A DNA stretch of 37,462 bases from an uncultured Bdellovibrionales bacterium (GTDB taxonomy: Bacteria; Patescibacteriota; Minisyncoccia; Moranbacterales; UBA1568). Where the stretch lies: the NCBI GenBank assembly GCA_964550545.1, contig CAZJZN010000001.1, positions 1 to 37,462 on the forward strand, given 5' to 3'. The notes beneath the pieces are model-generated. The model did no database searches. It was not told where the DNA came from and worked only from the letters and a program-made list of their open reading frames with translations. Shown here piece by piece: positions 26,104-34,444 of the stretch; position 1 is the stretch's first letter, and every line of letters begins with the position of its first letter. The position numbers and the translations under genes were made by a program.

Positions 26104-27036
26104 ATGCGAAAGTTGATGCTCTTGTTTTTGATATGCTGTTTCGGACTTCCGCTGGCAAGCCAGGAGGCGTTTGCGGAAGACGAACAGCCAAAATTGATCC
26201 TCTCAATCGATCCCAATGGCGCTATCAGCAGTTCCTATACCGAGAACGGGCACACGATCTTTATCGAGGCGCTCCGTGGCGAGAAAAAAAGTGACACAGA
26301 TGACTCTGATATGCTTCCGTACGCTCTGGATATCCGGATTCGGGATGAAAGCGGAATTCCGTTTTTGGTCCAAGACAGCGGAGTAAGCCATGGTCTGGGA
26401 GATACCGAATGGACAAACGTGCAGGAAAACCCCGAGGAAGCCGTCCGCCAACAAGCTATAAATCTGCTTCCAAATGCGATACGGTATGTGAGAGCGGCAT
26501 TGGCGGGTGAGGCTCGGGAGAATTCGATCATTCAGAACCTGACCGAAGAGAATCGATGGGAAATCATCGCTATTCTCGATCTCATGCGCTCCATGGCGGA
26601 GGATATCCCCGAAAGAGCCTTCAGGAAAAAGTCATCCACCGAAAGGTTGGCTATGGCAGCCTCATACACATACGAGTATGAGGTGTCCATCAGGAAGAAG
26701 AAGGTGGAAGGTTTATGGTATGCAGAGCATTCCGCCTTACGCGTAAAATACTACGACAACATGGGAAAAAGGTTCGCACAATACAGCTCGTGTAATCATG
26801 GCACCTGTGCCGATAACGGGGTTATGAGTACGAAATGCTCGAAGAGATTCAAGCATAACGCCATGATTGGACTTGTAAACGAGGTGTGCGATACGTTTAC
26901 GTCGTATAAATATAAGGTTCATACCTGCCACGATGATACGATCGTTCAATACCGCACATTCAAGGATGGTGGGTGGCGAACTACCCTCAGTGCAGAATGT
27001 TATGCTCCAATGCTCTCAGTGCCGAACTGTGAGTAA
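26104..27036 (+). CDS. Secreted protein with a Cys-rich C-terminal region (hypothetical)
   Basis: Start taken at MRKLMLLFLICCFGLPLASQEAFA (signal peptide), with GAGGAG 8 nt upstream. Eight Cys lie in the last 90 aa or so. I recognise no family motif. Confidence 0.65.
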   Translation: MRKLMLLFLICCFGLPLASQEAFAEDEQPKLILSIDPNGAISSSYTENGHTIFIEALRGEKKSDTDDSDMLPYALDIRIRDESGIPFLVQDSGVSHGLGDTEWTNVQENPEEAVRQQAINLLPNAIRYVRAALAGEARENSIIQNLTEENRWEIIAILDLMRSMAEDIPERAFRKKSSTERLAMAASYTYEYEVSIRKKKVEGLWYAEHSALRVKYYDNMGKRFAQYSSCNHGTCADNGVMSTKCSKRFKHNAMIGLVNEVCDTFTSYKYKVHTCHDDTIVQYRTFKDGGWRTTLSAECYAPMLSVPNCE

Positions 27037-27062
27037 GTAGCTCTTAAGGGTTAGGAAACGTA

Positions 27063-27098
27063 GAAGCCGCCACAACATGACGGCTTCTTTAATTTTTC
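27063..27098 (+). terminator. Rho-independent terminator
   Basis: gaagccg-ccacaacatga-cggcttc followed by tttaattttt. Confidence 0.6.
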
Positions 27099-27123
27099 AA
27101 GAACTTGTGACAGACGTATTCAC

Positions 27124-27624
27124 GTGATAGAGTATTGGAGTCAAAAGTCGTGGTCTAACCTCTACACAACATCTATGGGAAACCTAACATACCAACGAGC
27201 ATTTCAATATGCCGGCGTTCTTCTCTACTCTGTGTTTACAGCTTTTCTTGTCTCGTTTTTGATGGCGATGGTAACGGGTGTTTTACTCTATCCCTCAATC
27301 TCTTTCGAGAACCTCAACTTTCATATTCCGGAGTTCATTATCGCAGCAGCACTTTTTCTTGGAGGTATGCTCGCGCCATGGCTCGTTTCCTTTTGGTTCG
27401 GAACCGTAGAAAGAAGAGTCGCTATCACGAGCTATTGCTTTACGGCGCTTCTCGCAATTGTCAATGTAATACTTATTATTAACAGCAAAGAGGTAGAGGG
27501 GTTTGGTAATTCGTGGTCTACGCTGATTCTTTTTGCGATTTATTTTGGTGCCATACCTGTGTTTATACTCTCTCACCTTTTCCTCTATCTCTCCTTCAGA
27601 AAGCAAGCGACGAAGGGTATGTGA
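27124..27624 (+). CDS. Four-TM membrane protein, paralogue 1 (hypothetical)
   Basis: The start is GTG at 27124 or ATG at 27175. LFLGGMLAPWLVSFWFGTVERRVAITSYCFTALL aligns with FFLGGILAPWLISILFGAVNKKVSVTSYCFTAFL in the next gene. Confidence 0.6.
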   Translation: MIEYWSQKSWSNLYTTSMGNLTYQRAFQYAGVLLYSVFTAFLVSFLMAMVTGVLLYPSISFENLNFHIPEFIIAAALFLGGMLAPWLVSFWFGTVERRVAITSYCFTALLAIVNVILIINSKEVEGFGNSWSTLILFAIYFGAIPVFILSHLFLYLSFRKQATKGM

Positions 27625-28052
27625 TGAACTATGGAATGTGCATCGACAGGAGCTTCCCATCTTCTCATAAAGTACTTGGAATAGGCTCTATGGCAAATCT
27701 GAAGTTTCAATACATTGCTGCATTTCTTTCATCTCTGTTTCTGGGTTTTTCAATTGGAACCGTTTCCGTATTTATTCGACCACAAAGCCTCGATCAGGAT
27801 TATCATTTGGGGATTTTCTTTGCGGTTGGTTTCTTTCTGGGAGGAATACTAGCGCCTTGGTTGATTTCCATTCTGTTTGGAGCCGTGAATAAAAAAGTGT
27901 CCGTTACAAGCTATTGTTTCACCGCCTTTCTCACAGTAGTTTTTGCCGTACTTGCTCGAGGCGCGGAATTTTTCGTGTGGCTTGTTTTTTTGAGCATAAT
28001 GCCTCTGTTTGTACTTTCGAGAATTTTCCTGTACCTCTCGTATAAGAAGTGA
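27624..28052 (+). CDS. Four-TM membrane protein, paralogue 2 (hypothetical)
   Basis: An ATG at 27624 overlaps the upstream stop (TGATG), and an alternative ATG at 27690 (MANLKFQY) aligns with MGNLTYQ of paralogue 1. The C-terminus LFVLSRIFLYLSYKK parallels VFILSHLFLYLSFRK. Confidence 0.6.
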   Translation: MNYGMCIDRSFPSSHKVLGIGSMANLKFQYIAAFLSSLFLGFSIGTVSVFIRPQSLDQDYHLGIFFAVGFFLGGILAPWLISILFGAVNKKVSVTSYCFTAFLTVVFAVLARGAEFFVWLVFLSIMPLFVLSRIFLYLSYKK

Positions 28053-28154
28053 GTCGTGTGGCAAATCCCGACTCCGAAAGGAGAATGCGCTGGTATCCCT
28101 ATCGTTCGATTAGTGGACTTCTTGCAGATGATCGGCAAACAGTGAGCCAAGAGA

Positions 28155-28249
28155 AACTCACCCGGACCATCGCCGACCTCGAAGGGGCGTCCCACATCAC
28201 CCCCACCCACCTCGCCGAAGCCGTACAGTACCGCTTCAAAACGGAGTGA
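28155..28249 (+). pseudogene. Displaced comM 3'-end remnant (right direct repeat)
   Basis: It translates to KLTRTIADLEGASHITPTHLAEAVQYRFKTE, compared with KLARTIADLETSDHITPTHLAEAVQYRFKTE at the end of intact comM. No upstream comM sequence is present. Confidence 0.85.
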
Positions 28250-28255
28250 ATAACA

Positions 28256-29251
28256 TTGACTCTTCTCCCCCTCTCGAGGCACAATGGGGACGTGGTGAAA
28301 CTATTTCACAAACGACTCGTTCGATTTTCAGTGGGCGCCGTTGGTATCGGTGGCGCGGCGGTGTTTCTGTTTCCGGAGAGTAAGGCGATCGAGAACCCGC
28401 CAATAGCGAAAGAATTTCCGATTCGTGTCACCATTGAAGATTTGTCGCTTCCGGAAACGGCGCGCGTTGGAGAGAATGTGGAGAACTTTCTCACTCGCGC
28501 GGGTATCCCTTTTGCCGAAAATGATGCGCTCTCGCCAAGCAAGGAAACGCCTCTTGCACCGCATACCACCATCACCCTCGCTTCCGCCAAAAAATATACT
28601 CTTCAAACCAAAGAAGGGAAACGAGAAGGCGAGACGACACTCCGCACCGTGAGACAACTTCTCGATGCGGAGAGGATAATGATTGGGGAAAACGACCTCA
28701 TCACACCGGAGCCGGAGCGAGCGCTCACGGACGACGTCAAGATTTCCATCACCAAGGTAGACATTCGCGAAGAAATCACACAAAAGTCGATTCCCTTCGA
28801 AACCAAAGAATCCGAAGACTCGGCACTTTCATGGAGAAAGCGCCTTGTGAGCCAAAAAGGCGAGAGGGGCATTCGCGAAATCACGTACGAAATCATCTCT
28901 CACGATGGGAAAATTATCAAGAAAACGCAAAAGAAAAGCATCGTTACCAAAGAACCCGTGCCGGAAATCGTGACCCAAGGCACCAAGGTCGAGGTCGGGA
29001 AGAAGCACACGGGATTAGGGTCGTGGTATCGCTTCACCGGGACGCTCTCGGCGGCGAACCCCTGGCTCCCGATCGGGAGCCATGTCCGCGTCACCAATGT
29101 CGCCAATGGTAAAAGTGTCATCGTTCGCATCAATGACCGCGGTCCCTTCGGAAAGAATCGCATCATCGACCTCGATGCCGTCGCTTTTGAGAAAATAGCC
29201 TCCCTCGGCGCCGGCATCATCGAAGTCACAATGGAAGAAATTAGGAATTGA
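28256..29251 (+). CDS. Cell-wall protein with a G5 domain and a C-terminal RlpA-like double-psi beta-barrel
   Basis: The G5-like segment is WRKRLVSQKGERGIREITYEII...EIVTQGTKV. The C-terminal GLGSWYRFTG..VRVTNVANGKSVIVRINDRGPFGKNRIIDLD is RlpA/DPBB-like. The start is uncertain: TTG 28256 or GTG 28292/28295. Confidence 0.75.
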   Translation: MTLLPLSRHNGDVVKLFHKRLVRFSVGAVGIGGAAVFLFPESKAIENPPIAKEFPIRVTIEDLSLPETARVGENVENFLTRAGIPFAENDALSPSKETPLAPHTTITLASAKKYTLQTKEGKREGETTLRTVRQLLDAERIMIGENDLITPEPERALTDDVKISITKVDIREEITQKSIPFETKESEDSALSWRKRLVSQKGERGIREITYEIISHDGKIIKKTQKKSIVTKEPVPEIVTQGTKVEVGKKHTGLGSWYRFTGTLSAANPWLPIGSHVRVTNVANGKSVIVRINDRGPFGKNRIIDLDAVAFEKIASLGAGIIEVTMEEIRN

Positions 29252-29360
29252 ATGGAGAATGTGGAATATTGAATGGGGAATAGAAACCATGTTTCCGATT
29301 TGATTCACTATTCACTTCATCTCCTCCATTCTCCATTCATCATTCTCCATTCTATTCTAC
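29252..29360. repeat. GAATG/CATTC-rich inverted repeat, copy 2
   Basis: gaatggagaatg on the left is the reverse complement of cattctccattc, which occurs twice on the right. The element ends 3 nt before the rsmA ATG. Confidence 0.7.
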
Positions 29361-29363
29361 CCC

Positions 29364-30224
29364 ATGTTTCCCAAAAAATCCTTCAGTCAAAACTTTCTCC
29401 GCGACGAGAGCGTCCTCCGGAGAATAGCCGAAGAAATCAACCCCTCCGATACGATCCTCGAAATCGGCGCCGGAGAGGGCGCGCTCACCGAGGAACTCGG
29501 AAAGCGTGCACGAAATGTCATCGCACTCGAATTCGACCACGATCTCGTTCCGGGACTTCTTCGTCGTTTTCCGCTTTCTTCCAATGTTTCCATCGTTGAA
29601 ACCGACATCCTCCACGCCGACATCCCTTCCCTCATCGATCAGAAAGAGCTCCCGATTTCTCCATCTTCATCAAGTCCATCCAAAATATCAAGTGAATCAC
29701 GGTCAAAATCGGAGTTCAGACAATGGTCCATTTTCGGCAACATCCCCTACGGAATTACCGGGAAAATTATCCGCCTCCTCGTTGCCCTCAACCCCGCGCC
29801 CGACAAAATCATTCTCATGGTACAGAAAGAAGTCGCCGAGCGTATTGTTGTAAAAGACGGAAAACAAAGCCTCCTCTCGCTCTCGGTTGCACTCTTTGGA
29901 CACGCGGAGATCCTCTTCACTGTCTCGAGAAACGCATTTTTCCCCGCACCGGAAGTCGAAAGCGCCGTCATCCGCATCACGCCCAACCCCGGACGACTCC
30001 AAAACGAAACACGCGAACGCATTCTTCGCTTGGCAAAAATAGGTTTCGCCGCGAAACGCAAAACCCTCGCCAACAACTTCGCCACCCACCCCGAGTTTTC
30101 CAAAGAAACCATCGAACGCATCCTCGAACACATCAGCAAATCAAAAAATGCGAGAGCGGAGGAATTGTCAGCAGAAGAGTGGGAACGTCTTCAAAGAAGT
30201 ATCCCTACCGCCCACAACCCATAA
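29364..30224 (+). CDS. rsmA: 16S rRNA (adenine1518/1519-N6) dimethyltransferase
   Basis: SQNFLRD, the SAM motif ILEIGAGEGALT, and GNIPYGITG. A Ser-rich insertion (PISPSSSSPSKISSESRSKSE) lies before the NxPY motif. Confidence 0.9.
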   Translation: MFPKKSFSQNFLRDESVLRRIAEEINPSDTILEIGAGEGALTEELGKRARNVIALEFDHDLVPGLLRRFPLSSNVSIVETDILHADIPSLIDQKELPISPSSSSPSKISSESRSKSEFRQWSIFGNIPYGITGKIIRLLVALNPAPDKIILMVQKEVAERIVVKDGKQSLLSLSVALFGHAEILFTVSRNAFFPAPEVESAVIRITPNPGRLQNETRERILRLAKIGFAAKRKTLANNFATHPEFSKETIERILEHISKSKNARAEELSAEEWERLQRSIPTAHNP

Positions 30225-31819
30225 AGGGCAACTATCCCCAAAATCCACCAAAACACCGACCGGTAGGTAACCCTGCCGGTTTTTTGTTTCATGGAAACGA
30301 CCGTCCAAAAGGATGCCCCGCCGAAAAGAAGCGCCGGAAAAAAAAGCGCTGGCGCCCGAAACACAAACACACTTGCAAGAAACGAGAGAAAAATTCCAGA
30401 TCCGATGACAATCTTCGCCCATTCCGCGCCAAGGAGCACGGGAAGCGTCCAGACGCCATCCTTCCGATCACCCTCGATATCCTTGAAATCCTTGAGCGGG
30501 ATCGAGGCGGTGTAGACAAACAGAAAAAGAAAGACAATGGGCACCGGAAGCATTTTTGCGGTTCCATCGGGAGAAAATACGATATATCCAAGCATCAATA
30601 TCAAAACGCTCGCGACAGCGCTTACAGAGGAAGCTATGATCGGGAAACGCTTCAACCGAAAAGGTGGCGCCGAATACGCCCAGGCAACTGCCTGGTACAC
30701 AAGGAGAAAAAGCGAGCTTTTTATGGAAACAACCGCCGAAAAAAGCATCGATGTAACAAAAAACCCTATTCCGATCGCCGCGTAAAGAGAGCGTTCGATG
30801 CCTCCGGAAGGGAGTGGGCGCCATGCATTCGTTTCCGCATCAATCACGGTATCAAACATATCATTCGCGACAACCGATGCGAGCCATGCGGAGACAACTG
30901 CGGCGATGAGGAGAAGTATCGCGATGCCATCAAAGAAGCCTAGGGAAATCTTCGTATGCGTGAAGAGAACCGCGAGCCCCATCCCTACCAAGAGAAGCCC
31001 TCCGTGATATATCACTTGCGGAAGCCTCGCGTTTTGGAAAAGCGCCCAGAAAATATCTCGGTGATACCGGAAGAGCCACCCTCCGACAAGAAAGGGGAGT
31101 ATGGCGGCATATATCAGGCTCATCTTCACATTGAGTATCGAGCGCGGATCAACGAGATCGCGCGCAAAAAACGTGAGTGGCGAGAGAAATATCCCCGCAA
31201 CATCCGTCCCATAAATCGCCCAACGACCTTCCGACACTCCCAGAAGAAGCATCGCCGCCCACGACGGAAACGTACCAAGAAAAAATAGCAGGGTATACGA
31301 GGCAGAAATGGCGAAAAGCGCCCGGAGTTTTCGCTTCGTTTTCATCAAAACGTATGCGCCAAAAAAAACCGAGACCAGCGCCACCTCAATTCGAACGCCG
31401 TAGGTAATTCCCATATCCGGCCGATCACCAAAAAAGGTGAAGTATCGAGAAAGAAGCCCGGAGAATCCATCGAAAATATAAAAACTCCAGAGTCCCTTTC
31501 CATTCGACACGAGAAAATCAATAATGGGCGGCGTAAGAATCACGGTAAAGCCAAAAAGAAGTATATTGGAAGCGACCGCAAGCGACACCCGAGCAAACCA
31601 CCGTACCATCGGGAGAAAAAACAGAAATGAAAGGAGAAAAAACAGAAAATTATGTGTCCATTCGGAGAAAAGAAACTCCGCCGATCGGCTTTCGAATCCA
31701 AAAAGCCACGATTCAACGAGAAGTCGCGAGAGAATGAGACACGAAAACGCCACCATCCATAAGCCAAAGCTCGTCTTCGACGTTTCAATCGCGGAAAGAA
31801 TTTTTTGAAAGATGTTCAT
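30191..31819 (-). CDS. Polytopic membrane protein: N-terminal multi-TM domain fused to a UbiA-family prenyltransferase domain
   Basis: Start taken at MNIFQKIL. The UbiA motifs are NDMFDTVIDAETNAWRPLPSG and DFKDIEGDRKDG. Its 3' end overlaps the rsmA 3' end by 34 bp. Confidence 0.75.
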   Translation of the reverse strand: MNIFQKILSAIETSKTSFGLWMVAFSCLILSRLLVESWLFGFESRSAEFLFSEWTHNFLFFLLSFLFFLPMVRWFARVSLAVASNILLFGFTVILTPPIIDFLVSNGKGLWSFYIFDGFSGLLSRYFTFFGDRPDMGITYGVRIEVALVSVFFGAYVLMKTKRKLRALFAISASYTLLFFLGTFPSWAAMLLLGVSEGRWAIYGTDVAGIFLSPLTFFARDLVDPRSILNVKMSLIYAAILPFLVGGWLFRYHRDIFWALFQNARLPQVIYHGGLLLVGMGLAVLFTHTKISLGFFDGIAILLLIAAVVSAWLASVVANDMFDTVIDAETNAWRPLPSGGIERSLYAAIGIGFFVTSMLFSAVVSIKSSLFLLVYQAVAWAYSAPPFRLKRFPIIASSVSAVASVLILMLGYIVFSPDGTAKMLPVPIVFLFLFVYTASIPLKDFKDIEGDRKDGVWTLPVLLGAEWAKIVIGSGIFLSFLASVFVFRAPALFFPALLFGGASFWTVVSMKQKTGRVTYRSVFWWILGIVALYGLWAVGILL

Positions 31820-31920
31820 AGAGAAAGCATAGCAAACTCGCCACCTCTCGCGCAATTTTTGGCAATCATATAGAGTAGAGGATACAACATCAACATATAC
31901 CGAAGATCCCCACATATACG

Positions 31921-32018
31921 CGCCGAGACCGAGAAAAAGAATTTTTCGAAACTTCGCTCCGACCTGAGAGGAGTGTGTGAGAAAAATTCTTTTTCTTGGT
32001 CGAGGCAACTCTCAAGAA
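31921..32018 (+). ncRNA. Structured repeat element copy B in the pcrA leader
   Basis: gaccgagaaaaagaatttttc (31927-31947) pairs with gaaaaattctttttcttggtc (31981-32001) in 20 Watson-Crick pairs plus one G-U. The loop and flanks are homologous to copy A. Confidence 0.6.
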
Positions 32019-32059
32019 AGGAGAAGCTCTTGACAAAATCTCAATTATTTCTTCTTTAT

Positions 32060-34444
32060 ATGCCCCTCGATCCATCTCTCAATCCCGAACAACAGCGAGC
32101 GGTCAAAACCGTCGAGGGTCCCGTCCTTATCGTCGCGGGTGCCGGGAGCGGCAAAACCAAAACCCTCACCCATCGCATCGTCTACCTCATGCAAGAGAAG
32201 GGCATTCGCGCTCAAAACATCCTCGCCGTCACTTTCACCAACAAAGCCGCTGAGGAAATGCGCACACGGGTAAGAACTCTTCTTTCAGGGAACAATGAAC
32301 AGGGAACAATGAACAGGGAACGGAAAACAGGAAACACTCTTCAAAGAACAAAGGGTACAGAACCGGGAGCGGAAACTTACCAACAAGAAGATGTTGACCC
32401 ATTCAACCAACTCCCAGCTCACAACACGCCTACCGTGCCTACCGGCAGGCAGGCCGGACAGGCAGGCTCTCCACTCCCAATTTCCCTACCCCACATGGGA
32501 ACTTTTCATAGTATTTGCGCGCGAATTCTACGAAAGGACATCGCCGCTTTGGGCTACAAGCCTTCTTTCACCATTCTCGACAGCGACGATCAGACCTCCC
32601 TCATGAAGCGCATTATGAAGTCCTTGGAGATTGATCCCAAGAATATCCATCCGCGCGCGCTCCTCGACGCCGTCTCTCGCGCCAAAAACCAACTTATTGA
32701 TGAACTTCTTTTTGAATCCCAGGCCGGAAGCTACTATGAGGAACTTGTCGCCAAAGCCTACCGACGCTATCAAGAAGAGCTTCGTGGAAACCATTCGCTC
32801 GATTTCGACGATCTCCTCTCTCTTACGCTTCGGCTCTTCCGTGAATTTCCCGAGACACTCGAACGGTACCGACAAATTTTTCAGTATATTCTGGTTGATG
32901 AGTACCAAGACACCAATCATGCTCAATACACTCTCATCCACCTCCTCGCCGAACGCCACCGAAACCTCTTTGCGATCGGCGACGACTATCAATCAATTTA
33001 CGGCTGGCGACAGGCGGATATCCGAAACATTCTCCACTTCGAAAAAGACTATCCCGAAGCGGCAATTATTACTCTCGATCAAAACTATCGCTCAACCCAG
33101 ATGATTCTCGACGCCGCCGGCGCGGTTATCGAGCGAAATCCTCATCAACGCCACAAAAAACTCTGGACCGCGAAAACCGGCGGCGATCCCCTCATTGTCT
33201 TTGAAGCGGAAGATGAGCGCGAGGAGTCCGCCTATGTCGTCCGAACCATTCAATCACTCGCTACCGCGAAAAAACGTCCCTTCTCCGACTTCGCCGTTCT
33301 CTACCGCACCAACGCGCAATCACGCGCTTTGGAAGAGGCGTGCCTTCAATACTCTCTTCCCTATCAAATCGTCGGCGGGCTCAAATTCTATCAACGAAAA
33401 GAGATCAAAGACGCCATTTCATACCTGCGCGTTGTTGTAAATCCCTGGGACACGATCTCGCTCGCCAGAATCGTCAATGAGCCGCCTCGAGGAATTGGCA
33501 AAAAAAGCCTCGTTTTGTGGCTTGATACGGCGAAAACTGCGAATACCGATCCGATCACCCTCGCACAGGAAGGGGAGGGGGAAAGGCTCGAAATAGCCCC
33601 GTCCAAACAGAAGTCCGCCGCGCGCTTCGCCGGGACGATATATGAATTCTCTCAAAAACTCCCCAAAGAGGGCACGCTCTCCGTCTTTCTTCGCGAACTC
33701 CTCGAAACCGTCGGGTATATGAAATCCCTCGAAGATGGCACCGATGAAGGAAAGACTCGATTCGAGAACGTCCGGGAACTCTTTTCCGTCACGAGGAAAT
33801 ATGACAAAATTCCTCTCGAACAAGCCGCAACACTCTTCCTTGAAGAAATATCCCTCGTCTCAGACACCGACTCGCTTGATGAGAAAAAAGATGTCGTCCG
33901 CCTCATGACTCTCCACAGCGCCAAAGGGCTCGAATTCCCCTTCGTCTTCATTGTAGGACTTGAAGAGGGAATATTTCCGCATTCAAGAAGTGCGCTCTCG
34001 CCCGCCGAACTCGAGGAAGAACGTCGCCTTATGTATGTGGGCTTGACTCGCGCCAAAGAAAAAGCCTGGCTCATCTCGGCGGAAACACGGATGATCTACG
34101 GCTCGACCCAGATGAATGCCCCTTCGCGCTTTATTTCCGAAATTCCCGAGAATCTCTTGGAAACTGAGGAGCGGAAACGTGGACGCGCGGCAAGCGAATT
34201 CGCCGATACATTCCCAAAAAGCTCATCGAAAAATTCAAACAGCCGAACGGAAACAGAAAAATCTCTCTACGCAAAGCGAGAAAAACTCTCTTCCGACACT
34301 TTTCGTCCGGGCGATTCCGTCTCTCATCCCACCTTCGGAAGCGGTGTCGTTATCAAAATCGAGGGGACGCTGGCAACAGTCGCTTTTCGAACCAAAGGCA
34401 TCAAAAAACTCGTTCTTGGGATAGCGCCAATTGAGAGAATGTAG
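32060..34444 (+). CDS. pcrA: ATP-dependent DNA helicase PcrA/UvrD family
   Basis: Start taken at MPLDPSLNPEQQ. Motifs present are AGAGSGKT, TFTNKAAEEM, GTFHS, DEYQDTN, YRS, TLHSAKGLEF and YVGLTRAK. An extra segment of about 65 aa lies between motif Ia and GTFHS. Confidence 0.93.
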   Translation: MPLDPSLNPEQQRAVKTVEGPVLIVAGAGSGKTKTLTHRIVYLMQEKGIRAQNILAVTFTNKAAEEMRTRVRTLLSGNNEQGTMNRERKTGNTLQRTKGTEPGAETYQQEDVDPFNQLPAHNTPTVPTGRQAGQAGSPLPISLPHMGTFHSICARILRKDIAALGYKPSFTILDSDDQTSLMKRIMKSLEIDPKNIHPRALLDAVSRAKNQLIDELLFESQAGSYYEELVAKAYRRYQEELRGNHSLDFDDLLSLTLRLFREFPETLERYRQIFQYILVDEYQDTNHAQYTLIHLLAERHRNLFAIGDDYQSIYGWRQADIRNILHFEKDYPEAAIITLDQNYRSTQMILDAAGAVIERNPHQRHKKLWTAKTGGDPLIVFEAEDEREESAYVVRTIQSLATAKKRPFSDFAVLYRTNAQSRALEEACLQYSLPYQIVGGLKFYQRKEIKDAISYLRVVVNPWDTISLARIVNEPPRGIGKKSLVLWLDTAKTANTDPITLAQEGEGERLEIAPSKQKSAARFAGTIYEFSQKLPKEGTLSVFLRELLETVGYMKSLEDGTDEGKTRFENVRELFSVTRKYDKIPLEQAATLFLEEISLVSDTDSLDEKKDVVRLMTLHSAKGLEFPFVFIVGLEEGIFPHSRSALSPAELEEERRLMYVGLTRAKEKAWLISAETRMIYGSTQMNAPSRFISEIPENLLETEERKRGRAASEFADTFPKSSSKNSNSRTETEKSLYAKREKLSSDTFRPGDSVSHPTFGSGVVIKIEGTLATVAFRTKGIKKLVLGIAPIERM

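Larger units (their letters stand above)
25946..28154. mobile_element. 2.2-kb islet inserted at the comM 3' end, with no recombinase gene
   Basis: It is bounded by the duplicated comM 3' end, is visibly more AT-rich than comM, and carries three genes unrelated to their neighbours. Confidence 0.55.

Noticed and set aside
27115-27130. An extra parS-like site (gtattcacgtgataga) inside the islet
   Set aside because: Only the TTCACGTGA core is conserved, giving about 11/16 matches. That is compatible with chance.
28049-28154. The N-terminal part of ORF 28049-28249 as a real small gene
   Set aside because: Only the last 31 codons resemble comM. The upstream part has no similarity and starts inside the preceding gene's stop region. 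It is treated as a remnant read-through frame.
29723-30943. 406-aa plus-strand ORF
   Set aside because: It is an Arg/Lys/Pro-rich low-complexity frame, antisense to the UbiA-fusion membrane gene and overlapping rsmA.
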